A stretch of DNA of 55,299 nt from Dehalococcoidales bacterium (GCA_023129255.1 JAGMCH010000046.1:1-55299), one strand, 5' to 3'. Shown: positions 37,068-48,825, counted from the stretch's first letter. The notes: generated by a model not told the origin, from the letters alone. Made by a program: numbers and translations.

Positions 37068-39236
37068 TTAGGTTGAGGGTTTTGGTTTTATAGTTGCTTC
37101 GTCTCCAACCCTGGAAACACCTATCACCCCTCGAATACCATCAATTTTTGCCATGAGCCGACTTAGCTGAGCTAGGTCCTTGGTTTGCAAGGTAAAATAT
37201 TCAGCAACAGTATGGTCATCATGGTGAACTGAGCTTACCGAGGCAATGTTAATCCCCTCCTCAGCCACAATAGTGGTAATGTCACGGATGAGCCCCACCC
37301 TGTCCCAGGCTTCAACCTGAATGTTAACCGGATATAGGGAATCGGTCTGCCCCCACTCCACGGCAACGAGTCGCTCTTTCTCATCCTCATGAACCACATT
37401 GTAGCAGTCCTGGCGGTGAATAGTCACCCCCCGACTGCGGGTAACATAGCCAATAATCTTATCCCCAGGCAAAGGGCGGCAACACTGGGCTAAATGGGTG
37501 ACTAAATTCCCCACCCCCAGCACCCGGATAGCTGATTCTGGCGGCTTGGGTGGGGCTGCCTCCGCCTTTACCGGGGGTGGCTCCTCCTGGGCGGATAGCT
37601 TCACCGCAACCTGATGAGTGGAAATGCCGCCATAGCCAATGGCTGCCAGAAAATCATCCAGACTATCATATTTGAACAGCTTAGCTAGCTCCTCCCGCTC
37701 GCTGGATCTTATCCCCAGATGCCTCATCTCCTTTTCCAGAAGCTCCCGACCCCGCTCAATATTTTCTGCCCGTTCCTGCCGCTTAAACCACTGGCGTATC
37801 TTCTCCCTGGCATGAGATGTTTTGATATAGCCCAGGTGGGGGTTCAGCCAATCCCGGCTCGGTCCTTTATCCCCCTTAGCTGAGACAATCTCTACCACAT
37901 CGCCGTTATTTAGCTGATAATTGTGTGGCACCAGCTTGCCATTTACTTTAGCTCCGATGCAGCGGTGCCCCAGCTCAGTGTGAACCCGATAGGCAAAATC
38001 AAGGGGGGTAGAACCCTTGGGCAAATCCTTTATCTCCCCTTTAGGGGTGTAAACAAAAACCTGGTCAATGAATATATCTGTTTTAACCGATTCCAGAAAC
38101 TCTTCAGCCCCGCTGAGCTCCCGGTGCCAATCAATTAATTGGCGCAGCCAGGCTATCCTCTCCTCGAAGTGCATATCCTCCTTCTCACCCTCTTTATAGC
38201 GCCAGTGAGCGGCGACACCATATTCAGCAATATGATGCATATCACGGGTGCGAATCTGAACCTCCAGAGGGATTGTGCCCAGACACATTACGACAGTATG
38301 CAATGATTGATAACCATTTGGTTTGGGATTGGCAATGAAGTCGTCAAACTCCCCGGGCAAAGGGCGCCACAAACTGTGGATAACGCCTAAAACATTATAA
38401 CAATCAGGCACCGACCCGACCAATATCCGAAGGGCGAGAAGGTCATGTATATCATCAAAGTGTTTATCCTGGGCAGCGTACCTCTCCATTTTCTGGTATA
38501 TGCTGTAGATATGCTTGGGTCTGCCTGATATCTCAGCCCTTAAGCCAGCCCGCTCAAACTCCCCTTCTAACATCTTGATTACCTGGGCGATAAACTTCTC
38601 CCGTTGAGCACGGCGGGCGGCAATCAAGTTAGCCACCTGGTGATATTCTTCCGGCTCCAAGTAACGGAAGGATAAATCCTCCAGCTGCCACTTTAGCTCC
38701 CATATCCCCAGACGATGAGCTAAGGGGGCATATATCTCCAGTGTCTCCTGGGCAATGTTGCGCTGCATTTCCGGCGTTAGCGCACTTAGCGTGCGCATAT
38801 TATGCAGCCGGTCAGCCAGCTTGATAAACACCACCCGAAGGTCCTCAGCCATAGCTACCAGCATCTTCCTCAGGCTCTCTGCCTGCGATCCCCTGGTGGC
38901 CGCAGTTGGAGCATGCAGGGAGAGCTTGCCCAACTTAGTGGTGCCATCGACCAGCTTGCTTACCTCAGAGCCAAACTTGGCTTCAAGCTCGGAGACAGGT
39001 ATGCCGCAGTTCTCAGGAACATCATGGAGTAAGGCTGCCGCCAGAGCGCTGGCATCAAGCTGAAGCTCGGCTAAGGTCAAGGCAACCTGTAGCGGGTGCT
39101 CTATGTAGGCATCACCTGACTTGCGCACCTGCCCCTCATGCGCCTTGGCGGCAAATTTGTAGGCATCCTCCACCAAAGCTATTTTCTCTGGCAGTAGATA
39201 CTCTTTAGCCTTGTCTATAAGCTCGGCAAGACTCAT
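37068..39236 (-). CDS. relA: Bifunctional (p)ppGpp synthetase/hydrolase
   Basis: HD domain (LLHDVPE), KLADRLHNMRT, NGYQSLHT, EVQIRT, TGS and ACT domains. Confidence 0.96.
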   Translation of the reverse strand: MSLAELIDKAKEYLLPEKIALVEDAYKFAAKAHEGQVRKSGDAYIEHPLQVALTLAELQLDASALAAALLHDVPENCGIPVSELEAKFGSEVSKLVDGTTKLGKLSLHAPTAATRGSQAESLRKMLVAMAEDLRVVFIKLADRLHNMRTLSALTPEMQRNIAQETLEIYAPLAHRLGIWELKWQLEDLSFRYLEPEEYHQVANLIAARRAQREKFIAQVIKMLEGEFERAGLRAEISGRPKHIYSIYQKMERYAAQDKHFDDIHDLLALRILVGSVPDCYNVLGVIHSLWRPLPGEFDDFIANPKPNGYQSLHTVVMCLGTIPLEVQIRTRDMHHIAEYGVAAHWRYKEGEKEDMHFEERIAWLRQLIDWHRELSGAEEFLESVKTDIFIDQVFVYTPKGEIKDLPKGSTPLDFAYRVHTELGHRCIGAKVNGKLVPHNYQLNNGDVVEIVSAKGDKGPSRDWLNPHLGYIKTSHAREKIRQWFKRQERAENIERGRELLEKEMRHLGIRSSEREELAKLFKYDSLDDFLAAIGYGGISTHQVAVKLSAQEEPPPVKAEAAPPKPPESAIRVLGVGNLVTHLAQCCRPLPGDKIIGYVTRSRGVTIHRQDCYNVVHEDEKERLVAVEWGQTDSLYPVNIQVEAWDRVGLIRDITTIVAEEGINIASVSSVHHDDHTVAEYFTLQTKDLAQLSRLMAKIDGIRGVIGVSRVGDEATIKPKPST

Positions 39237-39279
39237 ATTTCAAGTATAACGCAAGCGGACTGGTGGTTGCAAAAAATTA

Positions 39280-39333
39280 AGAGGGTTAAAGAGAGGCAAA
39301 GCCTCCATAGGGCGGGAGGGCGGGAAGAAAGAG
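39280..39333 (+). repeat. Minimal hairpin + G4 module between divergent relA and hisS
   Basis: GAGGC-AAA-GCCTC-CATA-GGGCGGGAGGGCGGG-AAGAAAGA. Confidence 0.8.
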
Positions 39334-39402
39334 ATTACTAAAATAACCTCACTTACTTTACAAACCCAGCACTAATACTGTATTCTAGCTCGGAGAGCAA
39401 CT

Positions 39403-40653
39403 ATGTTGTATCGGGCACCACGCGGAACCTCAGATATCCTGCCCCAGGAGCAAGCCTACTGGCGCTATATAGAGCAAAAGGTAGCTGAAATCGCCGAGCT
39501 CTATGGCTATGAGCGCATTGATGCCCCAGCCTTTGAGGACACCAAGCTTTTTGCCCGCAGTGTCGGCGAAGACACCGACATTGTCAAAAAGGAAATGTAT
39601 ACCTTTGAAGACAGAGGGGGAAGCCTGCTCACCCTGAGACCGGAGGGCACAGCGCCAGTATGCCGAGCCTATCTGGAACACGGTATGAAAAACCTGCCTC
39701 AGCCGGTAAAGCTGTACTATATTGCTTCCATCTTCAGATATGAAAGACCCCAGGCGGGAAGATACCGCCAGCACTATCAGTTTGGCTATGAGGCTATCGG
39801 CGATGATGACCCTGCCCTTGACGGCGAAGTCATTGATATGGCATGGCAATTCTTCTTGTCGGTAAACCTTCGCTCATTATCACTCCAGCTAAATAGCATC
39901 GGCTGCCAAAAGTGCCGCCCAAACTATGTGGCTGCCCTTAAGGGTTACTATGCCAGCCACACCCAGGAGCTATGCTCCGACTGCAAGACCAGACTGAAGA
40001 GAAACCCGCTACGCCTGCTTGATTGTAAGAAGCCCTCATGCCAGATGGTAGCCGACTCCGCCCCCAGAAGCATTGATTTCCTCTGCCCTGAATGTGCTGA
40101 CCACTTCAGCCGGCTGAAAAGATACCTCCAGCTACTCGACCTCCCCTTTGTGGTAAACCATCATTTGGTTCGGGGGTTGGGCTACTACACCAGGACGGTT
40201 TTTGAAATTCAGCCCGAGGAAGGCGGCGCCCAGAGCACCCTGGTGGGCGGGGGGCGGTATGATGACCTGATTGAGGAGCTGGGGGGTAAGCCCACCCCGG
40301 CTCTCGGCTTTGCCGCTGGCATTGAGCGAATAATACTCAATCTAAAGAAGCAGAAGGTTGCCATCCCAACACTAGCCAAGCCCCGGGTATTTATTGCCTA
40401 TCTCGGCGATGAAGCTAAGGAGGGGGCGATAAAGCTGGCGTCGGCGCTGAGAGGGGCAGGCATTGGAGTAATAGAAGCTCTGGGCGATAAAAGCCTCAAG
40501 GCTCAATTGAGGCAGGCTAATAACCTTGACGTTCGTTATGCGGTGATTATCGGCGAGCAGGAGATAAAGGCGGGCACTGTAATACTGCGGGACATGACCA
40601 GCGCCCAGCAGAAAAGTGTGCCTGTTAGCCAGCTACAAGGGTTACTGAAGTAG
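39403..40653 (+). CDS. hisS: Histidine--tRNA ligase
   Basis: PRGTSD, KEMYTF.D, LRPEGTA, FRYERPQAGRYRQ, LVRGLGYY, GGGRYD. Confidence 0.97.
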   Translation: MLYRAPRGTSDILPQEQAYWRYIEQKVAEIAELYGYERIDAPAFEDTKLFARSVGEDTDIVKKEMYTFEDRGGSLLTLRPEGTAPVCRAYLEHGMKNLPQPVKLYYIASIFRYERPQAGRYRQHYQFGYEAIGDDDPALDGEVIDMAWQFFLSVNLRSLSLQLNSIGCQKCRPNYVAALKGYYASHTQELCSDCKTRLKRNPLRLLDCKKPSCQMVADSAPRSIDFLCPECADHFSRLKRYLQLLDLPFVVNHHLVRGLGYYTRTVFEIQPEEGGAQSTLVGGGRYDDLIEELGGKPTPALGFAAGIERIILNLKKQKVAIPTLAKPRVFIAYLGDEAKEGAIKLASALRGAGIGVIEALGDKSLKAQLRQANNLDVRYAVIIGEQEIKAGTVILRDMTSAQQKSVPVSQLQGLLK

Positions 40654-40843
40654 CTTCCCCAGCTTCACCTCACCGCCAAATTGTGCTATAATGATATAAA
40701 TGGCTGCCTTGTTATCAGTTGAAATTGTCCCTAAGTGGGTAGCCTCTTCTACAGTCGGAAGCTACTTTGGTCCCACCATCTCCACAGCAGCCTACTACGT
40801 TTTGTTTCTCTCCTCACAGCCAACAAAGAGGTGAACAGCAGTT

Positions 40844-43258
40844 ATGACACAGGATAAGCCCTCAACGCCTGAATCACTAAATAACGAATACAGGGCGGAG
40901 GATATCCAGGTTCTGGAGGGGCGAGAGGCGATACGCCTCCGCCCGGGGATGTACATTGGCAGCACTGACCAGCGAGGATTACATCGTCTGGTATATGAAA
41001 TCACCTACAACAGCATTGATGAGGCTATGGCTGGCTGCTGCGACAAAGTCTGGGTCACCCTTCGCCAGGATAGCAGTGTCAAGGTAGAAGATAACGGGCG
41101 CGGCATTCCAGTGGACATTCACCCCACCACCAACATTTCTGCCTTGGAAACAGTAATGACCACACTGCATGCCGGGGCAAAATTTGGCGGGCATACATAT
41201 ATGGTATCGGGCGGGCTACACGGGGTAGGCGCCTCAGCGGTAAACGCCCTCTCCTCCTGGCTCAAGGTTGATGTCAAGCGTGACGGCAAGCTGTATCAAC
41301 AGGAATACCGGCAGGGCATCCCCTGTGGTGCGGTGGCAGTGGTTGGTGAGTCCAGCGATACCGGCACCACTATCACCTTCCTCCCTGATGAGGAGATATT
41401 CGGTAAAGCCGAATGTGAATTTAATGTCGTATGCGAGCATCTGCGGGAGCTAGCCTACTTAAACAAGGGGCTGGAAATATGCATTACGGACGAAAGGAAG
41501 GACCGGGAAAAGACCTTCTACTTTGAGGGTGGAATTACCGGCTTCGTCCGCCACCTTAATCGAAACCGTGTGGTCCGCCACCGCCGACCTATTTATATCT
41601 CCAAAATGGTGGACAGCACAGTAGTGGAGGCTGCCCTTCAATATAATGACGGTTTTTCTGAGTCCTCCTTCAGCTTTGCCAACTGTGTCAATACCGTGGA
41701 TGGAGGGACTCATCTAACCGGCTTCCGTTCGGCACTAACCCGGGTTCTCAATGACTATGCCCGTAAGAACAAGCTGCTCAAGGAGGATGAGCCCAACTTG
41801 ATAGGGGAGGATGTCAGAGAGGGTCTTACCGCCGTTATTAGCGTCAAACTGGCCGAGCCTCAGTTTGAGGGACAGACTAAAGCCAAGCTGGGCAACCCCG
41901 AGGTAAAAAGTCAGGTGGAGAGTGCCGTGGGCGAGGAACTATCCCTCTACCTTGAAGAGCACCCCGATGAAGCCAAAAGAATTATGGAAAAGTGCCTCCT
42001 TGCTGCCAAGGGCAGAGAAGCCGCCCGCAAGGCTCGGGACCTGATTGTCAAGAGGGGAAGTCTGGATACCGCCACCCTGCCCGGCAAGCTGGCTGACTGC
42101 ACGGAGAAGGAGCCCTCCCTCTGTGAATTGTATATCGTAGAGGGACCTTCAGCCGGCGGTTCAGCCAAGGAGGGAAGGAACCGTCGCTTCCAGGCTATCC
42201 TGCCCCTTAGAGGTAAAATCCTCAATGTGGAAAAGGCGCCGCCGGATAAGATGCTGGCGCACGAAGAAATCCGAGCCATCATCACCGCCCTGGGAGCCGG
42301 CATAGACGACGAATTTGACCTGTCCAAGCTCCGCTATCACCGGGTTATCCTGATGACCGACGCTGATGTCGATGGCTCTCACATCCGCACCCTGCTGCTT
42401 ACCTTCTTCTTCCGGCACATGGCCGAACTCATCAATAACGGCCACCTCTATATTGCCCAGCCCCCTCTCTACCGTGTTAGCAAAGGTAAAACTAGAGATT
42501 GGATATATTCTGAGGAAGGTCTCGGCAAATTCTTCGCCAAGAAAGCTTTCGAAAATGTGGATGTCTATTCAAAAGATGGCTCAGTTAAGTGTACTGGTGA
42601 AGAAATAGTAGAGTTTTTAGATTCTCTAAAAGAGTTGGACAACGGATTGAATTCGCTTGATAAGGAAGGTATACCCAGAGAGTTTGGGGAGTTACTTCTA
42701 ACGAAAGACAAGGAATTTCATCGCCTTGACTATTATAATCAAGAAAGTATGCTAGAGGCTATGCGCTGGTTTGAAGCAGGTGGTTTTCCAACTAGAGCAT
42801 CTTCTAATCCTATTACCGGCGAATACTGGCTAGATGTCGAATTAAAATTTGGTAATATTAAGTTTGACAGGAATTTAATTGAAAATCCAATCCTCAGAAA
42901 ATGTTTTATTGCTTATCCTAAGGTCAAACACTTTGTTGAAGGTAAATCATATAAGATTATTAAGAACAACAAGGAAATTGGTAAAGACGTTCCTTGGTAT
43001 AAAATTTTGGAATTGCTAGAAAAACACGGTGACCGTGCAGGAGTTACAATTCAGCGCTATAAAGGCCTGGGGGAGATGAGCGCCGAGCAGCTGTGGGATA
43101 CCACCATGAACCCCACCACCCGCACCCTGCTGGCAGTAAACGTAGAAGATGCCGCCAAGGCCGACCGCATATTCCACATCCTGATGGGCGATGAGGTCCC
43201 GCCCCGCAAAGCCTTCATCCAGGCTCACGCCAAGAGCGTGAGAAATTTGGATATTTAG
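40844..43258 (+). CDS. gyrB: DNA gyrase subunit B (long form with TOPRIM insertion)
   Basis: [54 protein letters not shown]. Confidence 0.96.
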   Translation: MTQDKPSTPESLNNEYRAEDIQVLEGREAIRLRPGMYIGSTDQRGLHRLVYEITYNSIDEAMAGCCDKVWVTLRQDSSVKVEDNGRGIPVDIHPTTNISALETVMTTLHAGAKFGGHTYMVSGGLHGVGASAVNALSSWLKVDVKRDGKLYQQEYRQGIPCGAVAVVGESSDTGTTITFLPDEEIFGKAECEFNVVCEHLRELAYLNKGLEICITDERKDREKTFYFEGGITGFVRHLNRNRVVRHRRPIYISKMVDSTVVEAALQYNDGFSESSFSFANCVNTVDGGTHLTGFRSALTRVLNDYARKNKLLKEDEPNLIGEDVREGLTAVISVKLAEPQFEGQTKAKLGNPEVKSQVESAVGEELSLYLEEHPDEAKRIMEKCLLAAKGREAARKARDLIVKRGSLDTATLPGKLADCTEKEPSLCELYIVEGPSAGGSAKEGRNRRFQAILPLRGKILNVEKAPPDKMLAHEEIRAIITALGAGIDDEFDLSKLRYHRVILMTDADVDGSHIRTLLLTFFFRHMAELINNGHLYIAQPPLYRVSKGKTRDWIYSEEGLGKFFAKKAFENVDVYSKDGSVKCTGEEIVEFLDSLKELDNGLNSLDKEGIPREFGELLLTKDKEFHRLDYYNQESMLEAMRWFEAGGFPTRASSNPITGEYWLDVELKFGNIKFDRNLIENPILRKCFIAYPKVKHFVEGKSYKIIKNNKEIGKDVPWYKILELLEKHGDRAGVTIQRYKGLGEMSAEQLWDTTMNPTTRTLLAVNVEDAAKADRIFHILMGDEVPPRKAFIQAHAKSVRNLDI

Positions 43259-43262
43259 AAGT

Positions 43263-43868
43263 TTACTCCCTTACATACAGCTTATGCTGTTTGATATACC
43301 TCTCCACCGGCTCGGGGACAAGCTGGGCAATAGATAGACCCCGGGCCACCCGCCGCCTGATTTCTGAGGCGTTGATATCTATCCGTGGCGCATCAAGCAG
43401 GATAACCTTCCCAGATAAGCCGGGTATAGCCGCTTCCAGAGAGTCGAGGTCGGAGGTGGGAGAGTCTACCCTGGGGACAGCCACCAGGCGGCACATTTTT
43501 ACCAGCCGGGACGGCTCGTGCCACTGGGGGAGCTGATTTAGATTGTCCCAGCCCAAGATGAAGAATAGCTCATCCCCGGCGCCAAGCTGAGCTTGAAGCT
43601 CGGCGATGGTGTCAACAGTATAGGTGGGGCCGGCTCGCTCTATCTCCATGGTGGATAGTTTGAAGTAGGGTCTAGCGGCAATGGCCAGGCGCACCATCTC
43701 CACCCGGTGTTCGGCAGGCGAGATAACGTTATTGAGCTTTAGCCACGGCTGACCGGCGGGCACAAATAAAGTCTCAGTCAGATCTAGCCTGGCTCTTGCC
43801 TCCTCAGCCACCAGGAGGTGCCCCACATGAATGGGGTCGAAGGTCCCCCCCAATACCCCGATATTCAT
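43263..43868 (-). CDS. nadD: Nicotinate-nucleotide adenylyltransferase
   Basis: GGTFDPIHVGH, YTVDT, FILGWD, INASEIR; start set at ATG 43868. Confidence 0.95.
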   Translation of the reverse strand: MNIGVLGGTFDPIHVGHLLVAEEARARLDLTETLFVPAGQPWLKLNNVISPAEHRVEMVRLAIAARPYFKLSTMEIERAGPTYTVDTIAELQAQLGAGDELFFILGWDNLNQLPQWHEPSRLVKMCRLVAVPRVDSPTSDLDSLEAAIPGLSGKVILLDAPRIDINASEIRRRVARGLSIAQLVPEPVERYIKQHKLYVRE

Positions 43869-43869
43869 T

Positions 43870-45393
<1,524 letters not shown>

Positions 45394-46716
45394 TTAATAA
45401 CTCCGGGACTTTTGCTTAGGGTATGTTCCTTGTTGGATGTCAAAGATTTTACGTCTCAAATAAGGGTCGTCATCCATATCACTGGCTATTTTTTGACAGG
45501 CGTGGATGACAGTTGAATGGTTTCTGTTTCCCAGCTCTTGCCCAATTTGAGCTAGCGAGCAATTGGTTGTCTGTTTAATAAGATACATTGCCACCTGTCG
45601 GGCTTGGGCAGTTACCTGGTCTCTTTTCCTGCCCTTTAAGTCGGCCGGGGTTAGCTGAAAGCTATTAGCTACTGTTTCTATCATTAGTTTGGGCGTGACA
45701 GGGACGCTCTTGGCACCCTTACTGGCAATATCCTCAAGTGCCTGAGCGGCTAACTCAGGGGTAAGTAGAGCTCTGAACAGCTTGGCATAAGCGATAACTC
45801 GGTGGAGGGAACCTTCCAGTTCCCTGACGTTCTGTTTAATGCGGTGAGCGATAAACTCCAGCGCCTCCAGGGGCACATTTGCCTTTTCCTGCTCAGCCTT
45901 AGCTTGCAGGATAGCCAGGCGGGTGTCAAAATCAGGCGGTTGAATATCGGCAATTAGCCCCCACTCAAAACGGGAGCATAACCGGTCTCCCAGGTGGGGC
46001 ATGGATTTGGGTGGGCGGTCGCTGGTAATAACAATCTGGCGGTTGGTGTTATGCAGCTCATTAAAGGTGTGGAAAAAGCTTTCCTCTGTCTGCTCCTTGC
46101 CGCTGATAAAGTGGATGTCATCTATTAACAACATATCAACGCTTCTGTACTTACTGCGAAACTCATCGGTGCTTTTCTCCCGAATGGCATCTACAAACTC
46201 GTTGGTAAACTGCTCGGCGCTAACATAAAGTGCCCGGATATTGTTAGCTTGAGCCATGTGATAAATGGCATGCAACAGATGAGTCTTACCTAAACCCACT
46301 CCCCCATACATGAATAGAGGATTATAGCTATGTCCCGGATTTTCGGCTACGCTCAGAGCAGCCGCATAGGCTAAGCGGTTACTGTTGCTCACTACAAAGG
46401 AATCAAAGGTATATTTCGAATTGCAGGCGGGGTGAGCTATTTGCGAAGCCGAGGTTTCTCGTTCTGGGCTTACCTGGAAAAGGACTTTGATGTTGGGCTG
46501 GGTAAGACCGATGAGCGTTTTTTCAATCAAAGAGCGCTGGTTCTTGTCCAGGTATTCAGAGACAAAGGTATTGGGAACCCCGACAACAAACTGATTATCC
46601 TGAAAACTTAAGCCGGCAGTTTTTTCCAGCCAGGTGCGGTAGTATGGCTTGGTTACCTGGACTTGCAATTCACCTAAAGCGGCTTCCCAGATTTCTTGAG
46701 CTGACCTGGCTCCCAT
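45394..46716 (-). CDS. dnaA: Chromosomal replication initiator DnaA
   Basis: YTFDSFV, YNPLFMYGGVGLGKTHL, LLIDDI, SRFEWGL, NVRELEG, RNHSTVIHA. Confidence 0.98.
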   Translation of the reverse strand: MGARSAQEIWEAALGELQVQVTKPYYRTWLEKTAGLSFQDNQFVVGVPNTFVSEYLDKNQRSLIEKTLIGLTQPNIKVLFQVSPERETSASQIAHPACNSKYTFDSFVVSNSNRLAYAAALSVAENPGHSYNPLFMYGGVGLGKTHLLHAIYHMAQANNIRALYVSAEQFTNEFVDAIREKSTDEFRSKYRSVDMLLIDDIHFISGKEQTEESFFHTFNELHNTNRQIVITSDRPPKSMPHLGDRLCSRFEWGLIADIQPPDFDTRLAILQAKAEQEKANVPLEALEFIAHRIKQNVRELEGSLHRVIAYAKLFRALLTPELAAQALEDIASKGAKSVPVTPKLMIETVANSFQLTPADLKGRKRDQVTAQARQVAMYLIKQTTNCSLAQIGQELGNRNHSTVIHACQKIASDMDDDPYLRRKIFDIQQGTYPKQKSRSY

Positions 46717-47041
46717 AAAATTCCTTTCCTCTTCAACTTCTAAGATTGGCCGGTTTATGTTTATAGATTAAAGAACGTTTGACTCTCGGCAGTTAAAAAG
46801 TGTATCGTTTTAAGTTAGGGGTTTGGGGGTGGAAAACTGAAGGCGTGTTATTAGAATAACATGCCCTGCTTGTTTGATGGCAAACTTTTTGATGCTGATT
46901 GTTGGGGGTTCTTAACCCCACTTTTCCCTTGCTAAGTCCATCGGACTTAATTTTTTGCCCAATATTGAGCTGATAGATATAAAACGTGAACTTGTTGGCA
47001 AAAACTTTTAATGTTAAAATTTTAGTGCCGGGAGGTTTAAA
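46717..47041. other. AT-rich dnaA-fmt divergent region with degenerate DnaA-box-like sites (possible second oriC part)
   Basis: GGTGGAAAA (TTTTCCACC on -) near 46828; TTAACCCCA near 46912; 325 bp without a credible CDS. Confidence 0.5.
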
Positions 47042-47995
47042 TTGCGATTTGTTTTCATGGGCAGTCCTGAGTTTGCCGTTCCCCCTCTTGAGCACCTTAT
47101 TCTCGGTGGGTATCAGGTGGTGGCGGTTTATACCCCGCCGGATAGACCAGCCGGTAGGGGGCGTGCCTTAGTTTCTCCTCCGGTGAAGAGGGCAGCGCTA
47201 GCTCGGGGGCTGCCGGTGGTGCAACCACCCAGTTTAAAGGAGGTGGGGGTGGTGGAGCAGCTCAGGGGCTTTAACCCCGATGCTATAGTGGTGGCTGCCT
47301 TTGGTCAAATTCTACCTCAGTCAGTTTTGGGTCTGCCACGCCTGGGGTGCATTAATATTCACCCTTCACTGCTGCCTAGATTTCGAGGTGCCTCACCGGT
47401 GGCGGCGGCTATCCTGGCTGGCGGCGAGTTTACCGGGGTTAGCATTATGTTAATGGATGAAGGTTTAGATTCCGGTCCTGTGTTAGCCAGGGCGCAGATT
47501 CCCATTTCAGCATCGGATACCACTGGCTCGCTTACCACCAAGCTGTCCTGGCTGGGGGCTGGGTTGCTGGGGGAGGTTTTGGTTGGCTGGATGAGGGGTG
47601 AGTTCACCCCCCATCCTCAGAATGAAGCCGAGGCTAGCCACTGCGGCTCAATCACCAAGGAGGAGGGTGAGATTGACTGGCATCTGCCGGCTATAGATAT
47701 ATGGCGGCGGGTTAGGGCTTTTAATCCCTGGCCAGGGTGTTACACCAGGTGGCGGGGTAAAAAACTGGATATTATCGAGGCGGTGCCTTTGACTGAGGAG
47801 AGAACCTTTAAGGTGGGGCGGGTGGTGGACCTGGCCTCGGTTCCTGAGGGGTCAAAGGCCGCTTTTGGCGTCTATACCGGGGGCGGGGTCTTGGGCATTT
47901 TGAAGGTTCAACTGGAGGGGAAGCAGGCCCTGTATGCCGCCGACTTTTTGAGAGGGCAGAGGGAGTTCATGGGGGCGGTTTTGCCGTTGCCCTGA
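47042..47995 (+). CDS. fmt: Methionyl-tRNA formyltransferase
   Basis: FMGSPEFA, PDRPAGRG, INIHPSLLPRFRGASP, RAFNPWPG; TTG start with GGAGG RBS. Confidence 0.96.
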   Translation: MRFVFMGSPEFAVPPLEHLILGGYQVVAVYTPPDRPAGRGRALVSPPVKRAALARGLPVVQPPSLKEVGVVEQLRGFNPDAIVVAAFGQILPQSVLGLPRLGCINIHPSLLPRFRGASPVAAAILAGGEFTGVSIMLMDEGLDSGPVLARAQIPISASDTTGSLTTKLSWLGAGLLGEVLVGWMRGEFTPHPQNEAEASHCGSITKEEGEIDWHLPAIDIWRRVRAFNPWPGCYTRWRGKKLDIIEAVPLTEERTFKVGRVVDLASVPEGSKAAFGVYTGGGVLGILKVQLEGKQALYAADFLRGQREFMGAVLPLP

Positions 47996-48041
47996 ACTGG
48001 CGCTCATGCTATAATTAATAGTTAATTTTAATCGGTGGTGA

Positions 48042-48740
48042 GTGCAGATGCTATGGTTTTTACTTTTTTGGATACCCCCGCTAATCTTTATGATTTGGGC
48101 GCAGTCGAGGGTATCATCGGCTTATAATAAGTATTCCAAGGTACGCAATATGAGTGGACTGACCGGGGCGCAGGCAGCACAGACCCTGCTGGAACATAAT
48201 GGTCTGCGCGATGTTAAGATTGAGGGCGCTAAGGGAAAGCTGACTGACCACTATGACCCCAGGCATAAGGTGCTGCGGTTGTCATCCGGTGTAGCCAGGA
48301 CTCCTTCCGTAGCAGCGCTGGGCATTGTCGCCCATGAGATAGGACATGCTCTCCAGGATAAAGCGGGCTATGCCCCGTTGAGGATACGGAGCGCACTGGT
48401 CCCGGCAGCTAATCTGGGCAGTCGCTTCGGCTTTATCTGTGTTTTTCTCGGCCTTATTCTATTTGCCTTTAACGTTGCCTTTGGCGAAACTCTGGCATGG
48501 GTAGGGGTATGGCTGTTTGCGGCGGCGGTAGTTTTCGCCCTGGTTACACTACCGGTGGAGTATAATGCCTCAAATCGTGCCCGCCAGATGCTACAGGCAG
48601 CGGGGCTGGTCTCGACCCAAGAGTATCAGGGAGCCAGTGCCGTTCTGTCAGCGGCTGCCCTGACCTATGTGGCGGCTTTGCTCCAGGCAGTAGCTCAGCT
48701 TTTCTTCTTTTTGTTTCTGGTGCTAGGCATGCGGAGGTAG
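48042..48740 (+). CDS. Putative neutral zinc metallopeptidase (YugP-like)
   Basis: LTDHYDP, AHEIGHALQ (HExxH), VTLPVEYNAS, AAALTYVA. Confidence 0.92.
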   Translation: MQMLWFLLFWIPPLIFMIWAQSRVSSAYNKYSKVRNMSGLTGAQAAQTLLEHNGLRDVKIEGAKGKLTDHYDPRHKVLRLSSGVARTPSVAALGIVAHEIGHALQDKAGYAPLRIRSALVPAANLGSRFGFICVFLGLILFAFNVAFGETLAWVGVWLFAAAVVFALVTLPVEYNASNRARQMLQAAGLVSTQEYQGASAVLSAAALTYVAALLQAVAQLFFFLFLVLGMRR

Positions 48741-48825
48741 TAGCCTTACCTCCACCGAGCTGATATTTCTCTATTGCCTCACTTTAATCCAGCCTGTATA
48801 ATCGGCATAACAGTGCAAGGAGGAT

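Noticed and set aside
42478-43055. Intein in GyrB
   Set aside because: No C/S-start block, no terminal HN followed by C/S/T and no LAGLIDADG motif; the position matches the known TOPRIM insertion
46793-47095. 100-aa ORF upstream of dnaA
   Set aside because: Overlaps fmt antisense, lies in the AT-rich origin/promoter region and has no recognisable motif
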